A DNA stretch of 63,634 bases, filler included, from Octopus bimaculoides (taxonomy: Eukaryota): NCBI RefSeq assembly GCF_001194135.2. It is 6 parts of 5 records of this genome, joined end to end, with 100 filler letters (N's around TTAATTAATTAA, not from the genome) between each part and the next. Parts side by side here need not be neighbours in the genome. Positions count along the whole stretch, not along the records: positions 28,841 to 44,538 come from NC_068985.1; positions 44,639 to 55,102 come from NC_068990.1; 4 more parts are not named here. The stretch is one strand, 5' to 3'. Below, one piece after another: positions 38,925 to 50,845 of this stretch. A program made the translations under genes and the position numbers. Within the stretch, counting starts at the first letter, position 1; every line of letters starts with the position of its first letter. The notes below the pieces were generated by a model. The model had not been told where the DNA came from and made no database searches. It saw nothing but the letters and a program-made list of their open reading frames with translations.

Positions 38925-39235
38925 GAAGGCACATGACTCAGTGGTTAGAGCGTCGGGCTCGCAATCGTGAGGCTGTGAGTTTGATTCGCGGACCTGGCTG
39001 TGTGTTTGTATTCTTGAGTAAGACATTTTATTTCACGTTGCTCCAGTTCACTCAGCTGTAGAAATGAGTTGCGATGTCATTGGTGCAAAGCTGTATCGGC
39101 CATTACCTTTCGCTTGGAGAGGGGAAGCTGGTGTACATGGGCGACTGCTGGTCTTCCATAATTTGTGCCTGAGAGGGGAACTTTCTAGATGAAATCTCAT
39201 GGTCATTCATGACCGAAGAGGATCTTTACACTTTA
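38925..39235 (+). mobile_element. tRNA-derived SINE family D, near full-length
   Basis: A-box-like TGACTCAGTGGTTAG, degenerate B box AGTTTGATTCG, central TTCACGTTGCTCCAGTTCACTCAGCTGTAGAAATGAG also seen reversed at 60707-60910. Confidence 0.8.
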
Positions 39236-39389
39236 CCCTAGGCTACTTTTACAATGGTTCGATAAAGCCGAATAGCTTTCTTGCAGAGTTTCTTAGAGAC
39301 GATTCATCCTTTCTGATTTTCGGTAAGAAATCTAACAGTGTGTCTGTGTGTGTATGTCTGTGTGTGTCTGTCTGTGTGTGTGTGTGTGT

Positions 39390-39433
39390 CAGAGAGAGAG
39401 AGAGAGAGAGAGCGAATAAGAGAATGAAATAGT

Positions 39434-39472
<39 letters not shown>

Positions 39473-39628
39473 GGGGAGAGAGAGAAACAAGGGGAGAGAG
39501 AGAAACAAGGGGAGAGAGAGAAACAAGGGGGGAGAGAAAGATGGAGAAAGAGAGAAAGAAATAGAGATGGAGAGAGAGAGGGAGAGGGGAGAGAGAGAGA
39601 GAGGGAGAGGGAGAGAGAGAGAGAGAAA
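39390..39628. repeat. Polypurine (GA)n tract with an 18-bp minisatellite (GAGAGAGAAACAAGGGGA x4)
   Basis: Directly visible at 39460-39530. Confidence 0.9.
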
Positions 39629-40064
39629 TTTGGTGCCATTGGAATGCTCCATTTCGAAGTGTATAGGTGTTGTCGATATCATAGTTTAATGTACCATAAA
39701 TATTGTTTTCTTCCACTACGAGAGCAAATGTTCATGATGACGACATTTATATATCTGGGGAAGAAAGCAAGAGAAAGCTCTCTGCACTCTTACTAGTTCA
39801 TCTATGCGATGGCAAGAGAACCTGATAGAAATAGATAGATAATTAGATGCGCGATAAATAGAAAGATAGAGACAGAGTTAAAGATATAGTCGTGTATGTA
39901 TGCGTGTGTGTATGTGTGTGTGTGTGCCTGCCTGCATGGGTGTCTATGTATGTATATATGGATATATAGTGTGTATATATTTATATATATGCATATATAA
40001 TGTATGTATATACATACAGAAACATGCATACTATGTATATATGTATATGTATAAAAATCATGTA

Positions 40065-40156
<92 letters not shown>

Positions 40157-40560
40157 TTCTATGTGTGTCTGTGTGTCCATGTTTGTGTGCGTGTGCATTC
40201 ATGCATGTGTATATAGATGCATACATATGCATATACATGTACATGTATGTATGTATCTATTATCATTAGCATCTGTACATATATACGGGCATCCGTATTC
40301 ATGTACAATTAAGTGCGCATATACTTATGCTTATATGTATTATCAGATATGAATATAATATTAAAGAAAAAGAAAATATCATTATTTTTAATACCCCCCA
40401 CCACCACACACACACACACAACAAACTCATAGGCACGTAGATTTCTAAAAAAGATGTTTTATATTTTGCAAATATCTCTGATACCAAATTAGACTTATTC
40501 GAAATTATTTATATTTGTTAAGTATGTATTACTTTATTGATTTATACACACCACAAAAGC

Positions 40561-40616
<56 letters not shown>

Positions 40617-41008
40617 GTATATCTATACATATATGTGTGTGTGTAAGAACATATGTTAATTCCACACCCATATGTATGATAACACAAACTTAATCGTTAT
40701 ATATTGCATACAAGATAAGCCATATCTACATACATAATTATTACTATCATATTTCCCTGTACATCGAGATATGCGTATGAGCTAATTACATACATCTGTG
40801 CTTCCCTACATACATACATAGATATATCCAATATATATATATATACATATACCACTATGTTGCAATGTTGGTTTTTGCATTTATTGGCATGTGTGAGCAT
40901 ATGCATTATTTCAACCTCATATATATGAATGCCAGCAACAATAGATAATCGCAGGAATATTGCTGATTCATCGATAGTCGCGCATTCCCTGTCGGAATTC
41001 TTTTCGTA

Positions 41009-41053
<45 letters not shown>

Positions 41054-41146
41054 ATATATATATATATATATATATACATACACATACACACACATATATG
41101 TCTATGTGAATATGTTCGCAGGTATGTGAATTTACGTAGGCCTAAC

Positions 41147-41195
<49 letters not shown>

Positions 41196-41199
41196 TGTG

Positions 41200-41234
<35 letters not shown>

Positions 41235-42166
41235 GTATACATATATATAAAAATATATATAAAACAAATGTAGGAAAGAGAATATGGAATTCACGAGATT
41301 GTTTGTATACGTAAACTATATATTTATACATATATTCACATATATATATATATACACACACACATACATACATACATACATATAAGAATTTGATTGTGTA
41401 CTGATAAATACATTAGTCATTGAAATTCCAACATAGTGTGATTTTCATATTTACTTTTGCATTTTGTACAATTATGGAAATATTACATAATGCAATGATA
41501 CAAGTATTTTAATGCTTGCTGCAATCTTAACGTTTATGTAATAACAGTATTTACCAACAGTTATGCTTCACGACTGACACCTGTAGTGAAATGACTAAAT
41601 CGTTCTATAAATCCCATCCAACTGTTTGCAGCGAGCTGAATGTTACGAACTGTATTTTAACCAATCTTCGTGCGGTTTAGACGTCACGGTGTGATGAACC
41701 TGCTTACGGTGTTGGTATTGATAGCGCTTATTCATAGAAACATTGTAGCTAATTAGGAGCACGTTTGATGAGTGCTACAACTCAGTTGATGCTCTAAGCT
41801 GTTAGAGCAACACACTCCACCACCATCGTTGCCACCTAAAAAGCAACGCGAAGGCAGAACATTATAACCACAACTCATCTCAACAAAATATCTTCCTGTA
41901 TTGTGAAAGATATGCTCCAATTTGTCTAAAATTCGATTAAAAATTAATTTCAAATTTTGGTCCAAGGCTAGCAATTTCGGGGCAAGAGATAAGTCGATTT
42001 AATCATCCCAGAGTTCGATTGTTATCTATTTTATCTATCCTGGAAATTTGCCTAACATCGGTAGAAGTAACAAATAAAAATGTACTTACTGATCGAACAC
42101 TTGTTCATTGTACCCAAATGCTACGAAAACTGAAGTGGTATACGTCATTTCACATAAGATAGTATA

Positions 42167-42400
42167 CGAAGGCGTACCCAAAAGTAATTCTAAATGTTCT
42201 CTGTAGGACAAGCCACTTGTATTTCAGGTATCAGTCTGCTGGTCGGCGTCGTCTACTTTACACCTACTGTCACATTGTGTGTCTTTGTTTTACAACGCTT
42301 CTCCTCTGTTCGTCGCTTTTTTGAGATGGCTGAAACGAAGTGTGCTTCCGTGAAATTCAGTTTTCTGATGGGGAAAACGGTGACTGAAACAGTTGTGTAA
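42167..42400 (+). mobile_element. mariner-type transposon 5' end, truncated
   Basis: TA|CGAAGGCGTACCCAAAAGT TIR-like start; ATG at 42326 gives MAETKCASVKFSFLMGKTVTETVV*, like mariner N-termini (..IKFCF.LGK.ATET). Confidence 0.65.
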
Positions 42401-42419
42401 CCATTATAGTTGGTAACAC

Positions 42420-43600
42420 ATACTTCCAATATAACGGTGTAATTTACAAACAGACTTCCGGCCTACCTATAAGATCTAACCTTTTAAGCCTGCTGGCCAT
42501 CACGTACATGGATAAGCTAGAACGTCCAGCATTCAACACCTGCCACTCATGCACCTTCTCCAGGTACGTTGATGACATCCTTATCATCACGTCCTCCAGG
42601 AATGAGGCTATTAACATACACCGGTCCCTCAATAACACCGACATAAACATCAATTTCGAGATTGGACATCCAGACGAATCCGGAACCTTCTTTCTACTCA
42701 ACTTCCAACTCAAGATCACAGAGTAAGGCTCCATATTTAGCAAATTCTACAGAAAAGCCGCTAAGTGAAAACTTTTCGTCCACTACTAATCAGGCTTACC
42801 CACCATAGCCAAAGCCGCATCCGTGAGACACGAGATTGCACCTATGAATAACAATTGCAACAACGTGACCGACAAAGACGTCAACACCAAAAAGTTCTTC
42901 AGAGACCTAACCCTCAATGGCTACCCACCATCTTTAGCTAAACAACAACGCCTGAAGAACATCAAGTTCAATAAACCCCGGAAGAACCATCATACTCCGA
43001 AGTCCAGTACGTGCTTCCTAAAGCTACCATACTTTGACACCAGCACCGAGAAAAGCTCTGTCCATGAACAACACCTCACACTACTCCGAGGAGTACACAT
43101 TGTCGAATTGCCCCATCAGTGACCCTGAATTGTGCCAGAGGACCTATGTTGTATATGAGATCATCTGTGGAAATGTGGCGCATCCTACATAGGAAGATTG
43201 ACAAGAAAACTACATATACGGATTAAGCAACACATGCAGACAAACACTTCCGTGAAGAAACATCTATGGAAACACCAGACCAGTGAATTCACAGTGCACA
43301 TGAAGGAAAAACAGTGGAACAGGGGCAATCTAAGAATCTCTGAGGCCATCCTCATACACCAAAAGAAACCTAAAATCAACAATTGAAGAGAGTTACAGGA
43401 AGCTAGCTGGTTGTTATAGCAAAACCTTTCTGCGCATGTCCATTCTACACACGCTCACATACACGCACATCGGCAACATTCGTCATTTTCTCGACAATGA
43501 GGTCATAACTCCGAAATATTGAATACAAAGTAAGTTTACAATAATTCACATATTTGTTTTGTTACCTTGCATTTACGTCGCATTGTTTTGGCCTTACCCA
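42420..43600 (+). mobile_element. Penelope-like retroelement RT + GIY-YIG pseudogene fragment with 3' pseudo-LTR
   Basis: IYKQTSGLP..LAITYMDKLE, RYVDDILII (YVDD at 42565-42576), LNGYPP, LKLPYF, VVYEIIC..CGASYIGRLTRKLHIRIKQH, LRISEAILIHQKKPKIN; several stops and frameshifts. Confidence 0.92.
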
Positions 43601-43655
43601 CGATCTTTTATGAAATATATTCTACATAATGCTTTATAGTAATTATTCCATTATA

Positions 43656-43779
<124 letters not shown>

Positions 43780-44538
43780 AGTTGGGATGTATTTCTGTGT
43801 AGTTGGGATGTATTTCTGCAACCTTATAGCTTCAGATTTGATGATACTGAAGGGAATCACGGACAAGTTTATTCTGACATAGAGTTGTGTTGTTGACCTT
43901 CTAGAAGTTGTGTTGTTGACCATCTACAATTTGATAGATGGAAGCTGAGAGCATGCCTTATTATAAAAACACGCATACGCCTAGCACACACACACACACA
44001 GGCACACACACACACACACATAAGCACATATGCACACAGTAATATATGTATTATATAATGCATATATATGTGTAAATAATATATAGTATACATATACACA
44101 CACACACAAACACACACGCATATGTGTGTGTGTGTGTGTGTGTGTCTATTTGCCAACACAACGTGCCAGTCTTACGCACATAGAAAAATAGCTATTTTTC
44201 TCTTAACGTGATCAGCGTCTGTGTGCCGTTTCTAAACTATATACTGTGAGCAAGATCGAATGGACGCCATCTCCTTCCGGCGATAGTCCTCTACCGAGAA
44301 ACGGAGATAGCCCAGAAACGATTGATCTATAGCTATTGCTAGGGCTAGCAAGGGAGCAGTAGACTCCCTTGATTACAATATGCGGACACAGAGTATCGTC
44401 TTGCGGAGGAATGCCACATTGTGTTGTTAAATAGACTTTACACTACTATATATATGCATATATATATTTATTTATATATATATATATGTGTGTATGTATA
44501 TATATATACGTGTGTGTGCGTGTGTCAATGTATATATA

Positions 44539-44638
44539 NNNNNNNNNNNNNNNNNNNNNNNNNNNNNNNNNNNNNNNNNNNNTTAATTAATTAANNNNNN
44601 NNNNNNNNNNNNNNNNNNNNNNNNNNNNNNNNNNNNNN
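44539..44638. other. Synthetic 100-bp scaffold spacer
   Basis: N44-TTAATTAATTAA-N44. Confidence 0.9.
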
Positions 44639-44754
44639 TATATATATATACGATATACATATAATTCACAAATGCAACAAACCACCCGGCACTCCACTTC
44701 CTTAAGTAGGAGAAAGTGATGCTTATGTAACTCAAATGGTTATTTATTTGACTA

Positions 44755-45545
44755 GGAAGGTGGCGAGCTTTCAAAAGCATTAGCGTATCGGAGAAAATGC
44801 TTAGCAGCACTTCTTCCGGATCTTTGCGTTCTGAACTTAAATTCTGCCAAGGTTGACTTTGTCTTTCATCCTTCTGGAGTCGATGAAATAAGTACCAGTC
44901 ATATACTGGAATCGATGTAATCGACTAGGCCCCCACCCCCACCCACCGAAATTGCTGATTTCGTGCTAAAATTTGAAACCAATATTTCTGTGTGTTAAAG
45001 CGATGAGCCGGAAGAATCTTTACCGTACCGTATAAAATGCTTAGCAGTATTTCGTCCGTCTTTACGTTTTGAGTTCAAAATCCGCCAAGGTCGACCTTGC
45101 CTTTTATAATTTCGTGGTCGATAGAAGTAGTAGTAGTCAAGTACTGGGGTCGATGTAATCAACTTATCTCCTCCCGTCACAAACTGCTGGCCTGTGCCAA
45201 AATTTGAAGCCATTAAAAGTGGTGAGCTGGCAGAATCATTAGCACGCCGGGCAGAATGCCTAGCAGCATTTCACCTGTCTTTACGTTCTGAGATGACTTT
45301 TTCCGCCGAAGATGACTTTGCTTTTCGCCCTTTCGGGGTCGATAAATTAAGTACCAGGTGAGCACTGGGGTCTATGTAATCGACAAGCCCACCCCTCCCC
45401 CGAAATTGCTGACCTTGTGACAAAATTTGTAACGAGTATTTATGTACGATACAGAGGCAAGCTGGCAGAATCGTTAGCACGCCGGAGAAAATGTTTATCG
45501 ACATTTCGTCCGTATTCACGTTCAGGAATTCAAACTCAGCATGCT
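44755..45545 (+). mobile_element. Four tandem SINE family B copies (last one partial)
   Basis: GAGCTGGCAGAATC(G/A)TTAGCACGCCGG-type heads near 44760, 45000, 45222 and 45455, each followed by GTC(G)ACTTTG..GTCGATGTAATC except the truncated fourth. Confidence 0.85.
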
Positions 45546-45689
45546 GCAATAACCTATTATTTGAATGTAAATGCAGTTATTCATGCTATGAAAACTGTTT
45601 GGAATTTGGCCGATGCATGGGGAACATGATAACCTATATCAAGCTAGTTTTATCTAATCACCACCACCTTCTGTACAATACAGAACGCT

Positions 45690-45960
45690 TGTATAATGAA
45701 AGAGGCGCATTTGTAGTTAAGAGATACATTTGGTTAAGAGGTACACTTTATGGTTAAAGGATACATTTATGATTAAGATAAACATGTACTTTTTATGGAA
45801 ACGAGGTATAGATCTATGGCTGGTTGGTACATTTATGGTGAAGAGGTACATTTAAATTTATGATATATATCTATGACTACGAGAGGCATTTATCATTTTA
45901 GTGCACATCTATGAAAAGTATGCATATTTAAGGCTAATTCCACATTCATGGTTAGTAGGC
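45690..45960. repeat. Degenerate ~19-bp minisatellite (GGTACATTTATGGTTAAGA-like), block 1
   Basis: Recurrent GGTACATTTATGG / TTAAGAGG; resumes at 47135-47425 and 47685-47815. Confidence 0.65.
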
Positions 45961-46169
45961 ACAATCATCATTGTGTAACAATTTAAAAAAAATTTTTGGT
46001 GTGTGTGTGTGTTTGGTCAGTATTTGCTTTTATCTAGAAATCAAAGGAAATGACTACTATTCTCCTTCAAACTTTGCTTTTCTGACCTGAACGTCAATGT
46101 CTTGATACTGACCTATTTTCCATTACATTTCAGACAGATTCAGCACTGAGTTGCTGAAGCAGAAATATC

Positions 46170-46345
46170 GTTATAGCAAATATTCTGCTCAATACCACAG
46201 ATTTGTTTGTCAGTTGCTTGACCATAACCATAACCACTTCAGTATGTCCCTTTGTGGCTGACGATATGTGCATCTCTGATCATGAGCAGGAGTAGTGGGG
46301 GAGCATCATACCCATGTATTGAGAGGGATTCTTTGGGGTTTGAAT
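46170..46345 (+). mobile_element. Family E repeat body fragment
   Basis: AATATTCTGCTCAATACCACAGATTTG..GACGATATGTGCATCTCTGATCA..GTAGTGGGGGAGCATCATA matches 14620-14785. Confidence 0.8.
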
Positions 46346-46544
46346 AAATGTAACAAAAGCAAAGTTTGAAGGAAATATTAGCCATTTTCCATACTTTCTA
46401 GGGGTAAGCAAATTGGAAATAACAGTTGCTACCCAAGGACAAAAAACATGTGTACACAGTGTTATGTTTAAGAGATATTTATGCTTACGAAGTAAGGGAT
46501 ATATTTATGTTTGAAGCACATGTACAATTAAAATATATATCTAT

Positions 46545-47110
46545 GGCAATCTTTATATCCAACTTTATGTATATATTGTTAGGGCGTCGAATACAGCGTT
46601 CCTTTTTTTTTTTTTACTTGGAGAGGACCTCTGCATGGGGCAGACGGGAATCGTCTACTTCGAGGGCCGGATGCGTCCATATGAGAGGTCTCCTCATGAT
46701 AAATAACGCTATATTTGGCATTCTAACAATGCATCCACATTAAGCTGGATGTAAAGATTACCTTTTGCTTCTGTCGCTAATAATTAGTTTTTAACAAGCC
46801 TGTTAACTATTTGCGACACCAATGTCTGAACGATCGCTGATAGTCCATATATCTCTGGCAGTGAGATTTGGTTGTGTGCTGCTACTGGACATTCTTTCCC
46901 CGAAGAGACTGGGCGCGTGGAAATCACGTGATCTGACAGTTCCCTCACTCGTAGTAGTCGATTCTTGTCTGCCAGCTATATAAATATGAGTGCTTTTATG
47001 CACTATACTTCCACACGAGAGGTCCTCTCAAAGTAAATAACGCAATGTTCGGCGCTCTAACAATACATCTACATTAAGTTGGATATAAAAAAATGCCTTT
47101 TGGCATCGAT
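46545..47110. repeat. Unit with three copies of a ~90-bp motif (one inverted, two direct)
   Basis: A 46545-46632 (reverse), B 46683-46767, C 47017-47102; for example TATATCCAACTT..TATTGTTAG in A versus CTAACAATA..AAGTTGGATATA in C. Confidence 0.75.
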
Positions 47111-47134
47111 ACTGTTTCCGTCGCTTTATGATTA

Positions 47135-47815
47135 AGCGGCACTTTTATGGTTGGTAGATATGTTCATGATTAAGTGTACGGTTTTTAGTAGGTTAGACGT
47201 ACATTTGTGGTTAATAGGTACAGTTATTGGTAGTAAGTAAATTTTTAGTCAAGAGGTACATTTATAGTTAATAGATACATATATGGTTGAGATTCGGTTA
47301 TGGTTACGAGGTACACTTTTAGTTTAGCAGGATATTTAACGCTATTCGTAGCTCAAAAACACCTTTACTTTTAGCTGGTACATTTTAGTTTAATGAGTAC
47401 GTTTAATGAGTACATTTTAGTTTAATAAGTACGTTTGTCTGATTTTTAGCTCCAGGTGGGCCCCAATGATGTAGACATATGATCAAAGTTATTTCAGCAG
47501 TGACGATCCTGATTTTGTATATTAAAGACTTTACCATAGAATGTGTCAGTCTTCTTCCAAAATGGCAAGGAGATATTTGTGGAAATTTGACTGCTATTTC
47601 TAGTAGATCGCGAGACTACATGAAAACAACCGCTTTGACTCGAAGAGGCACAATTACAATTACAATCAGGAGATAAGGTTTATGCCTATAATACATATTT
47701 ATGGCAAGCGACGCATTTATGGCTTGTAAGCACATTTATGTTGAAGAGCTATATTTTGGGTTAAGAGGTAGAGTTAGGAGCCAATTTATAGCTAGTTGTC
47801 ATGTTTATAGTTAAA
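47135..47815. repeat. Degenerate ~19-bp minisatellite, blocks 2 and 3 (interrupted at 47430-47680)
   Basis: Same unit as 45690-45960. Confidence 0.6.
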
Positions 47816-47974
47816 ATATTCACATCGCATTATCTTATTTTTAGTGGCGTCTAGCTTAAGATTTGAGTACTCTACACTAGATTAAGTGTGTTGTTCGAAG
47901 GAGTAGATAAATAAATATATAGTTACTTTTTACTTTAAATTAATTCTTTTATAATAATACTTAATACATACATA

Positions 47975-48072
47975 AGAGCAGCGAGCTGACAGAACTGTTA
48001 GCACATCGAGCAAAATGCTTTGCGGGATTTCATCCGTCTTTATGTTCTGAGTTCAAATTCCACCGAGGTCGG
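47975..48072 (+). mobile_element. SINE family B head
   Basis: GCAGCGAGCTGACAGAACTGTTAGCAC..GAGTTCAAATTCCACCGAGGTCG. Confidence 0.75.
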
Positions 48073-48529
48073 AATGTGTATGTGTGTATGTATGTATGTA
48101 TGTATGTATGCATGCATACGTGCATGTATGTATGCATCTCTGCCAATACATATGAATATCCATCCATAGGTTCTCTGTGTGTGTCTCTGTATGTATATAT
48201 GTATATATATGTATATATGCGTGTATATATAGATATATGTATATACATGTATATGTATACGTATATATGTATGTGTATATGTATATAGATATATGTATGT
48301 ATGTATATGTATATACAGGCATACATTTATACATACACACACACGCATATATTATATATATATATATATATACATACATACACACATACATACATACATT
48401 CATACATACATACATGCATGCATGCCTACGCACACACACATACACACGTATACTTCGTTGTCTTGTTCTGTTTCTTTGCCACTCTACCTCGATCTCTTTC
48501 ACTGACATGTATCACTAGCATTAAAACAT

Positions 48530-48628
<99 letters not shown>

Positions 48629-48630
48629 AA

Positions 48631-48668
<38 letters not shown>

Positions 48669-49191
48669 TACACCACACACACACGTACAGACAAAAACTC
48701 AGACCGGGGGCCATATTTACATGCCCATATAGAGTGACGTACCGTCACGTTTGCTAAAGATAGGAAACGTATGAAGTGAACTTATAAACAGGACATCCCT
48801 TCTCCCTACACTCCAAAATTATCTGATAAGGGCTACAGTTGGGATCCTTCAGCACGATTACATCAAGTTTAGATAACAACATTCAGCTGGTTGTACGTTG
48901 TGCTGGAATTAAAACTTCATCCACCAAACAGCTCCATTTATAGTTTCGTTACAGGAAGAATACGTGTGTATGTATTTGTGTATGTATGTATGTATGTATG
49001 TATGTATGTATGTATGTATGTATGTATGTATGTATGTATGTATGCATGCATGTATGTATGCATGTATGTATGCATGTATATGTGTGTATATGTGTGCATA
49101 TGTGTGTATGTTTATATATATGTATATTCATGTACATATATGCATTGATGTATGTACGTGTGTATGTATGTATATTTGAGTATATGTGTAA

Positions 49192-49237
<46 letters not shown>

Positions 49238-50280
49238 GTATATATATNNNNNNNNNNNNNNNNNNNNNNNNNNNNNNNNNNNNNNNNNNNNNNNNNNNNN
49301 NNNNNNNNNNNNNNNNNNNNNNNNNNNNNNNNNNNNNNNNNNNNNNNNNNNNNNNNNNNNNNNNNNNNNNNNNNNNNNNNNNNNNNNNNNNNNNNNNNNN
49401 NNNNNNNNNNNNNNNNNNNNNNNNNNNNNNNNNNNNNNNNNNNNNNNNNNNNNNNNNNNNNNNNNNNNNNNNNNNNNNNNNNNNNNNNNNNNNNNNNNNN
49501 NNNNNNNNNNNNNNNNNNNNNNNNNNNNNNNNNNNNNNNNNNNNNNNNNNNNNNNNNNNNNNNNNNNNNNNNNNNNNNNNNNNNNNNNNNNNNNNNNNNN
49601 NNNNNNNNNNNNNNNNNNNNNNNNNNNNNNNNNNNNNNNNNNNNNNNNNNNNNNNNNNNNNNNNNNNNNNNNNNNNNNNNNNNNNNNNNNNNNNNNNNNN
49701 NNNNNNNNNNNNNNNNNNNNNNNNNNNNNNNNNNNNNNNNNNNNNNNNNNNNNNNNNNNNNNNNNNNNNNNNNNNNNNNNNNNNNNNNNNNNNNNNNNNN
49801 NNNNNNNNNNNNNNNNNNNNNNNNNNNNNNNNNNNNNNNNNNNNNNNNNNNNNNNNNNNNNNNNNNNNNNNNNNNNNNNNNNNNNNNNNNNNNNNNNNNN
49901 NNNNNNNNNNNNNNNNNNNNNNNNNNNNNNNNNNNNNNNNNNNNNNNNNNNNNNNNNNNNNNNNNNNNNNNNNNNNNNNNNNNNNNNNNNNNNNNNNNNN
50001 NNNNNNNNNNNNNNNNNNNNNNNNNNNNNNNNNNNNNNNNNNNNNNNNNNNNNNNNNNNNNNNNNNNNNNNNNNNNNNNNNNNNNNNNNNNNNNNNNNNN
50101 NNNNNNNNNNNNNNNNNNNNNNNNNNNNNNNNNNNNNNNNNNNNNNNNNNNNNNNNNNNNNNNNNNNNNNNNNNNNNNNNNNNNNNNNNNNNNNNTATAT
50201 ATATATATATATACGTGTATATATGTATATGCATATATCTATATGTATAAGTAAATATATATATATACAAATTCATCCAC

Positions 50281-50326
<46 letters not shown>

Positions 50327-50559
50327 TATATGTGTGTGTGCATGGATGGATGGATGCAATCATTGCTTCCAAATCTGAAGAGCCCTTAAGGATACTGTAG
50401 TTTGTTTTAATTGAGTCTACTCTGCACCTACCCACTTTGTCTCTCGACACCCTACATACTGCAGTCCTCTAAGTTAGTAAATGAAGGCAGGATCTCGGGG
50501 CGCGGGTGGAAATGGTATTGATTGTGGGGCTGGTGGTGATGGTTATAGCAGTGGTCAGC

Positions 50560-50845
50560 TTTAGTGTCGGCAGAGGGGTAAGTCGATTACATCAACCCCT
50601 AGTGTTCAACTAGTGTTTGTTTTATCGACACCAGAAGGATGAAAATGCAAAGTCAACCTCGGCGGAATTTGAACTCCGAACGTAAAGACGGACGAAATGC
50701 CGCTAAGCATTTTGTCCGGCGTGCTAACGATCTTAACCAGCTCGCTGCCTTATAACGTTTTAATATTGATACCGAAAATCGGCGGCGAGCTGGCAAAATC
50801 GTTAGCACCCCCAGCTAATTGCTTAATGTGTTTCGTCCGTCTTTA
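50560..50845. mobile_element. Head-to-head pair of SINE family B copies (- 50560-50752; + 50778-50845)
   Basis: CCAGCTCGCTGCC and GGCGGCGAGCTGG face each other across about 30 nt. Confidence 0.75.
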
